The notes beneath the pieces were generated by a model. That model did not search any database. It had not been told where the DNA came from and was given only the letters and a program-made list of their open reading frames with translations. 64,000 nucleotides of DNA, taken from positions 48,298,001 to 48,362,000 of the forward strand of contig NC_043003.1 in assembly GCF_006345805.1 (NCBI RefSeq), written 5' to 3'. Origin of the DNA: Octopus sinensis (taxonomy: Eukaryota). Numbering within the stretch: position 1 is the stretch's first letter; every line of letters starts with the position of its first letter. The translations under genes were made by a program, and so were the position numbers. This document shows, one piece after another, positions 1 to 13,507 of this stretch.

Positions 1-570
1 AGTAAATGATAGACTGTATGACGCATATGTACGAACAGCCATGCTACATGGCAGTGAAACATGGATCATGACTGCTGAGGACATGTGTAAGCTTGCAAGA
101 AATGAAGCCAGTATGCTCCACTGGCTGTGTATAATGTTAGTGTGCATACATGACAGTGTAAGTGCCCTGAGAGAAAAGTTGGATTTAAGAAGTATCAGAA
201 GAGAGATGACTGCGCTGGTATGGTCATGTGTTGCGAATGAATGAGGACAGCTGTGTAAAAATGTGTCACACCCTAGCAGTTGAGGGAACCTGTGGAAGAG
301 GTAGACCCAGGAAAACCTGGGATGTGGTGGTGAAGCACAACCTTTAAACATTGGGCCTTACTGGGCAATGACTAGTGACTGAGACCTTTGGAGATATGCT
401 CTGCTTGAGAAGACCTGACAAGCCAAATGAGACCATAACCCGTGGCCTATGTCAGTGGTTGTAAGCAGCCCACTTATGACTACCCCTCATTCATTGAACA
501 GTAAACTTTGCTTGTGAAGACCTGTTGGGGCAAGTGAAATCAAAATCAAAATCACTGACATGGCCGATGA
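1..570 (+). mobile_element. RTE-clade non-LTR retrotransposon, 3' fragment (RT C-terminus plus start of 3'UTR)
   Basis: MLHGSETW...KLARNEASML.W...LREKLDLRSI; nearly identical in organisation to the copy at 40861-41600. Confidence 0.88.
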
Positions 571-805
571 CAGTGGGCTTCCATTTAGTTTCTGTGTACC
601 CACTATTGCTCACAAGGCTTGAATCCACCTGAGTCTATAATATAACTCACTTTCCCAAGTCGCATTGTAGAAAGAACCCAGTTCTTATGATTATGAGCTA
701 ATTTTTTTTATTTTTTTTACTTCTATGTTACATCTGCATAAAGCAATATATCTACCCCAACACGTTTTGCCCAACATTCTAGTGATTCTATGAGGAACTG
801 TAAGG

Positions 806-1270
806 ATATAATAATAATAATGAAATTATTGTATACAGTGCTCAGGTGCACCACAACTTGTCAAAAAGTGCACATAAAGCATATGCAGTAATGTACAAAT
901 GTCTGGAAAGTGAACAGTGTATGAGTCAGATACATGCTTGCGTGTGTATGGAGGGAAGAAAATCAGGTGTAGTGTTGGCGAATCTCAGGAAGCATGAAAG
1001 TTTTGAAGGATGCAGTGCTCCGACAATTAACAACTGATGCCAACAGTCTGTTCTATGCTTCAGCAACTCTTAGCGTGAAAAAATGTTTCCGAAAGTCATG
1101 GGAGCTGTGTTGTTTTCTGACTTTGTAAACATGACCACGGGTGTTAGACAGGTAGAGTTTGAAAAGATGCTCAGAGTTATTGTTTGTAAGATGGTTATAT
1201 ATAAAGGGATGTAGCAGAAAGGGAACCAAGAACATAAAAGGATGGAGTGTTAAATGTCATACCAAATTCT
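806..1270 (-). mobile_element. CR1-like LINE 3' end
   Basis: ORF 1053-1235: TRGHVYKVRKQHSSHDFRKHFFTLRVAEA, the CR1 C-terminal motif; (ATT)n tail. Confidence 0.8.
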
Positions 1271-1407
1271 GTTTGCCGCTATACTGAATCCTCTGATAGA
1301 TTTCCTTATTGAAGCTTAATAATAAATTTTTTCTCTTTCTCTTCTATTTCTGCTCGGTACATCATTGCAACTATTACATTAAACAACTTTGCTATTTACT
1401 ACCAAAG

Positions 1408-1486
1408 ACAAAGTTTAACTGACACGATAAGGTCAAAAGAAAAGACATTGTCTGCTGATGTATGGCTTCGCTCAAATGTACAAGGG
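1408..1486 (+). CDS. TMC exon (first in window): QSLTDTIRSKEKTLSADVWLRSNVQG
   Basis: accaaag acceptor and GGG|gtaagt donor; open frame ending in phase 0, matching the next exon; little motif support. Confidence 0.6.
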
Positions 1487-2475
1487 GTAAGTTATTTTCT
1501 GATGATAAATATCACAGTTAAGCTTTCTATGATGTATCACCTTTAAGTATGGTACGCAGATTGTTATTTTAAACTAATGCTATTTTTGTTGCACAAAGTG
1601 AATACATATAATTGTATGTTTTTATACGGTACTATTAGTTTTATGTGGTGAAAACATACCAGACAGTATTTTTTAACACGTCTGGTGTCTCAGTGGAGTC
1701 TTCATGCACTGCCCACATAACACAACAACGCATGGTATGTGGGCAGTGTGTGAAGATTGTGCTGAGACACCAGACATGTTAAAAAATACTGTCTGGCATA
1801 CTTTTATCACATGAAACTAATAATAGCACATAAAACATACATTATATTTGTTAAACAATATTTGTCTCTCACCAGATGGAGCACATTGTTTGTTGATCTT
1901 AGCATCATCGAACAGTACACTGTATATATACATATAAACTATATATTGCTCTGTATCTATGTATTAGTTTCTTTGTATATATCTATGTATCTCTCTTTAT
2001 TCTACCCCATCATTTTTCCCCTAATTTATTTTCCATTTATCTCTGTATTTCAGTCATGGAGTCGGTTCAAGAGACGTCTCAGGAACATGTCCTACTACAT
2101 AGGTCTATGGCAATCAGCCATAAAGAAAATTGAGGGACTCTTTGGAAGCAGTGTCACCTCTTACTTCCTGTTTCTCAAGTGGCTGTTCCTCTTGAATATT
2201 TTTACCTTCTTTTTAATGTTCTGTTTCCAAGTTCTTCCACAGTTGCTCTACCGATTTCTACAAATGACACCCAGTGGATACAAAAACAACAGTGAATTTG
2301 AAGCCGTAAACATATTTAATGGCAAGGTGAGATAGATATGTGTGTGTGTGTGTGCATGTTTGTGTACACATGTATTTTCAATAGTGTATGTATCCCTATA
2401 AATATCTGTGTGTGTGTGTGTGTTTGTACATATCAAGTGGCTAGCAGAAAACTTGTATATATATATATATATATA

Positions 2476-2510
<35 letters not shown>

Positions 2511-2923
2511 TATATTAGAGATAAAACCACTATTAGGCAAATCAAACAGTGAAAAACATAAACCAAAACATAAAAATAAATATAATTAATATAATATACA
2601 AAATATATAAAATATAAAATTTTAATTAAATTATTTAAATTTAAAATTTTTTATATTATAAATTTTATATAAAATTTAAAAATAAAAGAATTAAAAAATT
2701 TGTAAATATAAATTAAAAATTTAAAATTTAAATTTATGTTTTATATATTTTGTATATTATATTAATTATATTTATTTTTATGTTTTGGTTTATGTTTTTC
2801 ACTGTTTGATTTGCCTAATAATGGTTTTATCTCTAATATAATTTATATATATACTGTGAAATTTGATTTAATCCTAAATCTAATTTTTCCCTGTAAGTTT
2901 GGATTTACTCCCTAATATTATTG

Positions 2924-2993
<70 letters not shown>

Positions 2994-3403
2994 AATTATA
3001 TTAGAGATAAAACCACTATTAGGCAATCAAACAGTGAAAAACATAAACCAAAACATAAAAATAAATATAATTAATATAATATACAAAATATATAAAATAT
3101 AAAATTTTAATTAAATTATTTAAATTTAAAATTTTTATATTATAAATTTTATATAAAATTTAAAAATAAAAGAATTAAAAAATTTGTAAATATAAATTAA
3201 AAATTTAAAATTTAAATTTATGTTTTATATATTTTGTATATTATATTAATTATATTTATTTTTATGTTTTGGTTTATGTTTTTCACTGTTTGATTTGCCT
3301 AATAATGGTTTTATCTCTAATATAATTTATATATATACTGTGAAATTTGATTTAATCCTAAATCTAATTTTTCCCTGTAAGTTTGGATTTACTCCCTAAT
3401 ATT

Positions 3404-3460
<57 letters not shown>

Positions 3461-4387
3461 GCAGTTTTCTGCTAGCCACTTGATATGTACACGTACACAC
3501 ATATTTATAGGGATACACACACTATTGAAAATATATGTGTACACAAACATGTACAAACACACACATGCACATGTGCATGCATATATATATATATATGCAT
3601 ATATACATATAGAAAAATGGAACCCAGTATTTCAAAACCAACTTCAAATCTTGTATTAAGAAAGCCATCCAGCCATAAAAACCATACCAAAACAGACACA
3701 GTAGCCTGGAGTAGTTGTCTACCTGGCTGGCCCCTGTCAAACTGTGCAACCCATGCCAGCATGGAAAACAGATGTTAAATGATGGTGATGATAATGTTAC
3801 ATATGCACACACACACACACACACACACGTATATATATATATATTTCACAGACAAGAAAGTAAATTTTGAATGCAGTATATCTGTGAAAACAGCTGAGAA
3901 AGATTAGGTATTTACACTTAAAAGTTGCCAAGCGGCAGCTACGGGGAGTGGAACTGTACTCCTGAGATATTGGCTTGAGTGCTCTAAACCATTAAGCTAA
4001 ATGACCTAACAACAATTACTCTCAGTTTTAATACTCAATAATAGCTTTATGAATGTGAGAAACACATACATACATACGTATATGTGTGTGTGTGTATATA
4101 TATATATACTCTTGTTTCAGTCATGGTGGAGCACCGCCTTTAGTCGAGCAAATTGACCCCAGGACTTATTCTTTGTAAGCCTAATACCTATTCTATCAGT
4201 CTCTTTTGCCGAACCGCTAAGTTACAGGGACGTAAACACACCAGCATCGGTTGTCAAGCAATGTTGGGGGGACAAACACAGACACACAAACATCATCATC
4301 ATCGTTTAGCGTCCGTTTTCCATGCTAGCATGGGTTGGACGGTTCTACTGGGGTCTGTGAAGCCAGAAGGCTTCATCAGGCCCATAC

Positions 4388-4475
<88 letters not shown>

Positions 4476-7400
4476 CATACATACGACGGGCTTCTTTTAG
4501 TTTCCGTCTACCAAATCCACTCACAAGGCTTTCGTCGGCCCGAGGCTATAGCAGAAGACACTTGCCCAAGGTGCCATGCAGTGGGACTGAACCTGGAACC
4601 ATGTGGTTCATAAGCAAGCTACTTACCACACAGCCACTCCTGTGCCTAGTGCATCTTTATATCCCTCTCTCTCAAATTCTCTCCCTCACTTTCTGTCTAT
4701 GTTTCTATTACACAGGGCTGGATGGCTGATACAGAGTTGTTCTATGGTTTCTACACTAATGAGACTATTTTCATTTCTGATGCAACATACTTGATGCCGT
4801 ATGCCTACTTCTACAGTGCCATCGTGAATTATTTATTCATCTTATGCGCAATGTTTTACAGGTGACAAATCTTTTTTGATTTTATTTTCTGTTTATTCTC
4901 TGTCAAGAGTATATTTTACCTTTCATATAGTGTGTATATGTGTTTCTCTCTTTCTCTGTGTATGCATGGATCTCTTTCTCTATGTATCTCTTTCTTTGTC
5001 TCTTACTTTTCCCCTTTTTGTGTCTGTTATCTTTGTCTACATTTTTTCCACCTTTATTTTTTCCTCTCAAATTATTAGAAATTATTAATATTATGGAGAT
5101 GTACTTGCATAGCAATTGACCTGATCTGAGAGCGTTTACTGAAAAGAAAACAATTGCAGCATGGATAAGCTATTTAAAAAACACAAAAACCGTTAATATT
5201 AATTAAAGATAAAAGAGATCATTGTTTGTTCTGGTTCTTTGCTTTTTATGTTCAAATCTTGCCTGGATCATCTTTACTTTAATGATCCTGTGAAGATGAA
5301 AGGCAAAATACCAGTGAAGAACTGAGTTCAATTTTATCACTAACCTCTCCACCTGAGTATTTAGCCTTCACCACCATCACCACCACTACTACTACTACAT
5401 TTAGTTGTAGCTCAGCCCTAATTTAGCTGTTATATAATTAAAGGCATTCCAGCCATAACCACCCAGTTTTATTTTTAGATATAATGTATTTAGGGCAATG
5501 TTAACCAATGCATCCTGTCTAGTTTAAGATGGTGTGATTTGAAAGAGATGTAACTGCTATTTTTAGCAGGTTCAGTAGCCACTTAAAGCCATTCTTCTTT
5601 GGCATAGAAGAGCATAGAACAAAATGCTTTGTGTTACCTTCCCACATCGCCTTCCCTTCTTCTACAGAGAAGGTGATGATATCAGTTTTTTTGGGATGCA
5701 AAAAACATTGTGTTTGACTATCTTCAAAAGAGCCACACCATCAATGGTGAGTACCATGCCAACCTGCTGAGGCATTTAGAAAAGGATATTAAGACCAAAA
5801 ACCCAAGAAAACTAATGAAAGGGATCTTGTTTCATCAGAACAATGCTCCAGCACATAAGTTCTTGATTTCAGTGGCTGCTCTGCTTGACTGTGACCTTCA
5901 ACTAGTTGGTCAGCCTCCCTATTCTCCTGATATGATCTCATCTGGCTATCATCTGTTCCCTAACATAAAAAGAAAACACTTGGTTGGGAACCAGTATCAC
6001 AATGATGATGACATCATATCTGGTGTTGATGACTTTTTTGACCACTAGAAATGCCTACACATGAAACTAACATGCATGTGGCTGAGCACTTTACAAACAT
6101 GCGTACCCATAACATAGTTCTGAGAGAGGTTCAGCCTGACTGGCCCTTTGAAATACAGCTACAACTCATTTTTGCTAGTTCAGTGAACTGGAGCAATGGA
6201 AAATAAAGTGTCTTGCTCAAGGACACAATGCACTGCCTGGAATCAAATTCACAACCTTATGATTGTGAGCTGAATACCCTAACCACTTAGCCACGTGCCT
6301 TCCACAAATCAACATCTGCAAGAAAGACACGAGCAGAAAGAGAATTCCAAAGGGCTGATGTTCTAGAAAGGAAAGATGTAGGATAGGGATTAGTGCAGAG
6401 CCTGGGGTTGGGGTGGACACAACAAGGATGATGAGAGAGGGAGAGACAAGTGGGATGAAATACCCTGGTGGAGATGACATGATCTCTGCTAGCTCCAAGA
6501 AGTAGAGGTCACTATAGTAGTGGTAGAAAAGGCAGAGAGAAGAGACAGCGTGCCTGTGGGCCAGAGGCTGGAGTTCATCTAGAGAAACATATTAGGATTG
6601 ATTCTATTGATTTTCTTTCTCTCCCCACTTCTCTCCTCCCTTCTTCTTACCTCTCCCCACCTATCTCTCACCCTCCCTATCTAAATTCAGTAACTGTTGT
6701 TTGTTTTTTTTAATGGTTCAGTGAAGAAGGAACAGTTCCCATGACTCCCGAGATTGCTAGAACTAATATGGTTGCTCTGTAAATTGATGTCTGCTGTAAA
6801 AAAGTTTTAAAAAATCAGAAACATGTGCTATGAAAGGAAAGAATCCAAAGAGTTCATGTCCTGGGAAAAGATGTTAGTGCAGAAATTTGTGTGTGTGTGG
6901 TGGGGTGTTATGAGATGAGTTGGGGCAGCTGTTTATACAAAGATGGTTTGACATAGCTGACAGAACATTCAGCCTGTTTTTGCAGCACTACTTTTTGGTG
7001 TTGGAAGCAATCACACAAACATACATGCACATATGCACAGGCATGCACAAAAATATACACATACAGATAGAAAGAGTGAGAGAAAGAGGGAGAAATACAT
7101 GATAGTTGCTAGAAAGACCTGAGCAAAAAGGGAATTCCAAAAGACTAATGTTCTAGGAAGGAAAGCGTATGGATAGTGATTAGTGCAGAACCTGGGGTTG
7201 GCATGAGCACAACAAGGATGATGAGAGGTAGAGAGGCAAGTGAGAGGAAATACCCAAGTGAGTGAATTTGGTAGACAGAAACTGAACATGATTGACACAA
7301 GCATTTTCCCTTTCCTCTAGTGCGACTCGTGTATAGGCACTGCGGAACTACAGCACCCTTTATTTCCACTCAATATTATTAATAACATTCAATATAATGA

Positions 7401-10400
7401 GTCCTTTTTCTTTAATTCTTTCCTTATACTTGTACATTATATAATCCTTAAGCTTAATGTCAGTAGCCATCCCCTAGTTTATGAAAAAAATACAAAAATC
7501 CTTGTATAGAACTGTACGCTTCATAGTTCCAGTGATGTGGTGTTTAGCTGTTGTGTGCATGCTCACATGTCCATGATAGGAAACTTCACGCTAGGGAGAG
7601 AGAGCACTGCATGCACAACAGTGCCGGGTGAAAGGTAGTTTCTTTTTGACTCTGCATGTGTTATGCTTAAATACGTGTTTATATTCTTGAATGTGATGAA
7701 GTGACAAATGAAATTATTATCCTGCTTCTAGCTTTTGTGTTGCTGCCAGGATTTGAAAAATAGGGCACATCCCTCCACCACCATTTATTTTGTGATTTAG
7801 GGGGGATTTTTGAAAAACAAGGGGAAATTTTATGGTGGTGTTCAGTGAACAAATTAAACATGGACCAATCAAGTTTATGTATAAATTTTCTTTTTATATG
7901 TTTGTTTCCTTTTACACAATATTAAAACAATGGCTAAAAATTTTCTGAAGCAGCACCCCCACTAATTTTATCTATGATCTGCCACTGCTTCCCTCATACG
8001 CAAAAAAATAAAATGCTTACACACATAGAAGGAGAAAGAGAAAAGGAGAGAGGGGGAAGGAGAGAATGAGCAAACTATTAAAATGAGAGAAGCGCTAAAA
8101 CATCTTATGTCAAATAAGTCAGCAACACCAAATAAGCGACACGGAAATGGCTGTTGAAACGTTTCATAAACAATGTTGGCTGGCATTGTATGGAACTAGT
8201 TCAGAAGGTCCTTGTGCTGATGTTATATAATTGTTTTTATAACTGTCATTACTAATGTTTATATCAAGTTACTATTGATATTGGTGTTGTTATTGTTCTT
8301 AGTATTGCTCGGTCATACAAGGAGAACTATATTGAAGCAACAACTGAAGACAATTTTTACTTTGTTACAAAGATGTTCACAATATGGGACTATAGTGTGA
8401 TATCGAGAGATGCTGCAGCCCTGCGGCACAGGAGCATCCATAATGAAATCAAGGTAAGTTTGGTCTACCTGTATATATGCATTATTGAATGGACATGTAT
8501 ATGCATACAAGTATGTGTATACGCACACACGTGAGTGTGTGAACATATCAATCTGTGCAGTATGAATGAATACTCGTGTGCAGGTGTATCTCTGATTGGG
8601 TGTTTATGTGTGTGTACATAATTTTCATGTGAATGCCTATATGATTATAAATTGTACTTGTGTGTATGATGTATATAGAGGTGTGTGTGTATGTTGTACA
8701 TAGGCATAGAATTTATGCTTATGGATATTCAACTGAAGTACATGCATACACACTTCATGATATTTACACACAAGACCGTCCAGGTGTGGCTGTGTGGTTA
8801 AGAGGTTTCCTTCCCAACTACATGATTCTGGGTTCAACCCCACTGTGTGACACCTTGGGCAAGTTTTTTTCTACTGTAGCCCTGAGCCAAACAAAGCCTT
8901 GTGAGTGAATTTGGTAGACAGAAACTGTCAGAAGGTGGCGAGCTGGCAGAAACGCTAGCATACCAGGCGAAATGCTTAGTGGTATTTCGTTTGCTGTTAC
9001 GTTCTGAGTTCAAATTCCGCCGAGGTCGACTTTGCCTTTCATCCTTTCGGGGTCGATAAATTAAGTACCAGTTACACACTGGGGTCGATCTAATCGACTT
9101 AATCCGTTTGTCTGTCCTTGTTTGTCCCCTCTGTGTTTAGCTCCTTGTGGGCAATAAAGAAATAAGAAACTGTCAGAAGTCATCCCTCTCCCTATTTTTA
9201 AGAGGTGATGGGCCAACAGGTTTTTGGAATCTGATGATTTGTCATAAAGCTAAACCCTTTATGGACAGGAAACCTAAGGTAATCCCATAAACCAGCCTTC
9301 CCAATTTTTAATACATATTGCTCTACATCTTAGAGTGTGTTTCCTCTTTCAGATTTATGTTTTTTACAGACAATATATGTGTGTGTGTGTGTGTGTGAAT
9401 GCCTATATATCATCATCATCATCATCATCATCATTGTTTAACGTCCTCTTTCCATGCTGGTAAGGGTTGGATGGTTTGACATGGAGCTGGCTAGCAGGGA
9501 GCTGTCTATTGTGGCATGGTTTCTATGACTGGATATCCTTTACATAGCACTGGCACGGGTGCATTAATGTAGCATCGGCACGGATGCTTTTTAAGTGGCA
9601 CCAGCACTTGAAGGATCAGCCTGTATGTGTGCAAAACAGTAATTTTACTTAGCTTGATATGTGTTATTAAGTACAGCGAATTGCTACATTTCCCAGCCCC
9701 TTCACATGCACAAGCAGGCAAGCCCTAATTCACCAAGAGTTGCATACCCTTAGAAATAAGAAATAAGAGTTACATACCCTTAGCACTTACTATAGTTCAA
9801 TACAGATACATCATGACCTACATTGTAACCCTATAATTTGAGGCACTTGCATGTTGACTTATAATACTAGAAAAAATTTGTTTACACATTATCCAAACAT
9901 GATCGATACCAGGGCTGCCTGACTGGCTCCCATACCAGTGGTATGTAAAAAGCACCATCCGAACGTGGCCAATACCAGTGCCCTCTGACTGGCTCCCATG
10001 CCGGTGGCATGTAAAAAGTGCTATCTGGACGTGATTGATGCCAGGGCCACCTGACAGGCTTCTCTGCCGGTGGCACATAAAAAGTACCTTCCAAACGTGG
10101 CCAATGCCAATGCCCCTGACTAGTTCCCGTGCTAGTGGCACATAAAAAACACTATCCAAACATAATCAATGCCAGGGCTACCTGACTGGCTCCTGTGCCT
10201 GTGGCATGTATAAAGCACCCACTATACTCTTGGAGTTGTTGGCATTAGGAAGGGCGTCCATCTGTAGAAACATTGCCAGATCAGATTAGAGTCTGGTGCA
10301 GCTGCTGGCTCTCCAGACATCAGTCAAACCCTCCAACCCATGCCAGCATGGTAAACGGACATCATGATGATGATGATGATGTGTGGACCTACACTACCAT

Positions 10401-13400
10401 TTAACTATAATATTGATTCTTCATCTTATAAATGAATGAATTACAACAGACCAATAAAAATTCAAGACAGGATCATTGAAAGTTCTTGAATGAACCAGAA
10501 AGAACCAAATTTTGGGAAAAGATAATTCACTGAATTTTTTTTCTACTTTGCAGGAATATCTCTCTGAGTTCAAAGATTCCAAGAAGGAGAAGAATTTTGA
10601 TCTTAAAATGAAAATTTTCCTTTTACGGCTGTTAAGTCATATTCTAGTTTTGGGCTTGATCAGTGGCTGTGGATATGTTGTCTATTATCTCTCTACATTT
10701 CTAAAAGATAAAGTAAGTTGTTAGTTTTACAAACTTACATCTTATAATATGAACTTTCACTTCATTACAACTACTCTTCATTTTCTGCTTGTTTTGTAGT
10801 CTAATAATAACACATTAATTATTGTTTAACATATCTCCTCACCCAGTTAACTTTATCCTTTTATTCTAGTCTAGGAAGGATAAAAGAGAAAAAAACACTG
10901 TAGCCTCTCCCACCTCCTCATAGTAACTAAAACCGCTTCAGGGACCCCAACCTGCTAGAAATAGCAATTAAATCTTTCTCATTTTTTTTATATATTTTTG
11001 TTATATATTTTTTTTAGATATTTTTGTCAAAAAAAAGTTGGGGAGGACACATTGGATAATGTAGTCCTAGGAACACTGGATAAATGATAGTCAACACTGG
11101 ACTACCTTTGATCATAAGTCTGCTGGATCAAGGCTAAACAATCAGCACCATATTATTCCTTAATTCTCTGCTTAACCCTTTAATATCTAAACCAGCCATA
11201 TCCAGCCCAAATATTCTGCTTGTCTTATATTGAAACTAGCCTGATTCTACCTTTCACACATACCCGGCAATGTCATTCTAAAAATAAACAATCATGCTGT
11301 TGAAATCTTGAAACAATGAGATTATGCATAATCAATTCAAAGCAACGTGAATGAATTACATTTGACTAAATAATCTGAATGCTAAAGTGTTAACCTTTAT
11401 CTTGATAATTCTTTTTAAATTTCATTCTGTTCTTATTCCTTGCATTTTCTATTGTTATTCATCTATCAGTTTATCTGTTTTAACTTGTCCAGACTTCAAA
11501 TGAAATCCTGCAGGATTTTGGTGTGCCTGTATTGATGTCAGCTTCAAATCTTCTTTTACCTTTAATTTTTACGGCTATAACCCACTTAGAGTCCTATGAA
11601 CTCCCACAGACCAATTTGTATGTGACAATGGTGAGGTAAGAGAAATGAATTTTCTTCCTCAGTTCTGTTTTTTTTTTTTTTTGTTCCAGTTGTCCCACTT
11701 TATGGTGATTTTGTATTGGATTGTGTTATGTTTTAATACAGAATTATCAACTTACTTGAATGCCAACTAACCAAAAATGGAGTGAATATGTGAGCAATAT
11801 ATACTCAAAAATACATGCTGATTAAAACAGAACCCAAAAATTCACATGCAACACAAAGCAGTATGCAAATTAGAAGAACTGTTATTTGTACCAATTAACA
11901 AAATTCAAATACATTTGCAAAAATCACCAAACTCAGTTCGATATGTAGTCAGAACTGAATTAGAGCAATAAAACAGTTTGAAACCTTATCACTGAGTCTA
12001 GTGACTGATGAAAATTGAGTTAAGTTTATGTGCTGTACATTAGCTCACTCCCTCCATCAAATCAATTTTGCCTGAACAGGTGCACCTTGTACCATGTATC
12101 AGGTATTGAGGCAGCGAGCTGGCAGAAACGTTAGCACGCCGGGCGAAATGCATAGCTGTATTTCGTCTGTCGTTACGTTGTGAGTTCAAATTCCGCCGAG
12201 GTCAACTTTGCCTTTCATCCTTTCGGGGTCGATAAATTAAGTACCAGTTACGCACTGGGGTCGATGTAATCGTCTTAATCCGTTTGTCTGTCCTTGTTTG
12301 TCCCCTCTATGTTTAGCCCCTTGTGGGCAATAAAGAAATAGGTATCGAGGTGTATGCAGAGCAACACATGAAGTGATTTGCTCAAGAACACAATACACCA
12401 CCCGGTCTAGAAATTGAAATCACGATCTCACGATCATGAGTACAACACACTAACCACAGGGCCATGCCCCCTCAAATGATGATATTAATAATAATAATAA
12501 TAATGATAATAAATGCCCTGATGCAGTACCAGACAGTGGCTCTCGTGGCTTCTGATCTTAACTGATTGGAAGTGTTATCATGTACATTGTTTTGTCTTGG
12601 TTTAAAAGATGGGCTACAGCAGATATTCTGCTCAATACCACAGATTTGCTTGTCAGTTGTTTGACCTTAACCAGTTGAGCATGTCCCTTAGTGACTGACA
12701 ATATGTGCATCTCTGATCATGAACAGAAGTAGTGAGGTAATATCATAGCTGTGTGTTGAAAGGAATTCTTAGAGGCTTGAATAATTCACCTTTGTAAACA
12801 TGGGTAGTTCATTAAACATCCTTAAACAATCCTTGTTCAGGGACCTTTTGAGTGGGATGGGTTACTCGACCAGAAGAAAATTCTAACTGAGCCCCACCTG
12901 CAAGGTCATGTGCTGTTTATCTCAATATGAGATCACCATGTCGCGCACATATGGTTGTGATGCATGTGCCTGGTGTACCCTTATCAGATGGGTAGTCATG
13001 ATAGGTATACTGGGCTTCGTATATTTTACCCCAGTGTCACTTTGATGGTATGCACTACTCTCTCACTTGATAATAATAATAATAATAATGTGGTGTGTGT
13101 ACCCTTATCAAATGGTATTCATGTCGGATTGGAAAAGGTGAGAAAATGGTTTAAATAAAGTGTGGTAGAAAATGACGGAGTTCACGATTCATTGTGTTCA
13201 TGGAATTGAGCACTGAAAACCCAATATTATACTGGTAGACAGGAAAGAAAAATTATGCCTGACCATAGACATTGTTTTCTAGCATGCTGGGCAAAATGCC
13301 TAGCAGCATTTTGTTTGCCTGCATGTTCTGAGTTCAAATTCCGCCAAGGTCGACTTTGCCTGTCATCCTTTCGGGGTCCATGTAATTGACTAGACCCCCC

Positions 13401-13470
13401 CCCCCAAAAAAAAAAATTTCAGGCCTTGTGCCTTTAGCAGAAAGGATTATTATTATTATTATTATTATTA

Positions 13471-13507
<37 letters not shown>

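Noticed and set aside
1811-2053. Hydrophobic N-terminal part of ORF 1811-2335
   Set aside because: Intronic AT-rich sequence upstream of a clear acceptor at 2053; an upstream exon with matching phase exists
5630-6050. Domesticated SETMAR-like gene
   Set aside because: Fragmentary, frameshifted, catalytic motifs degenerate, no SET exon
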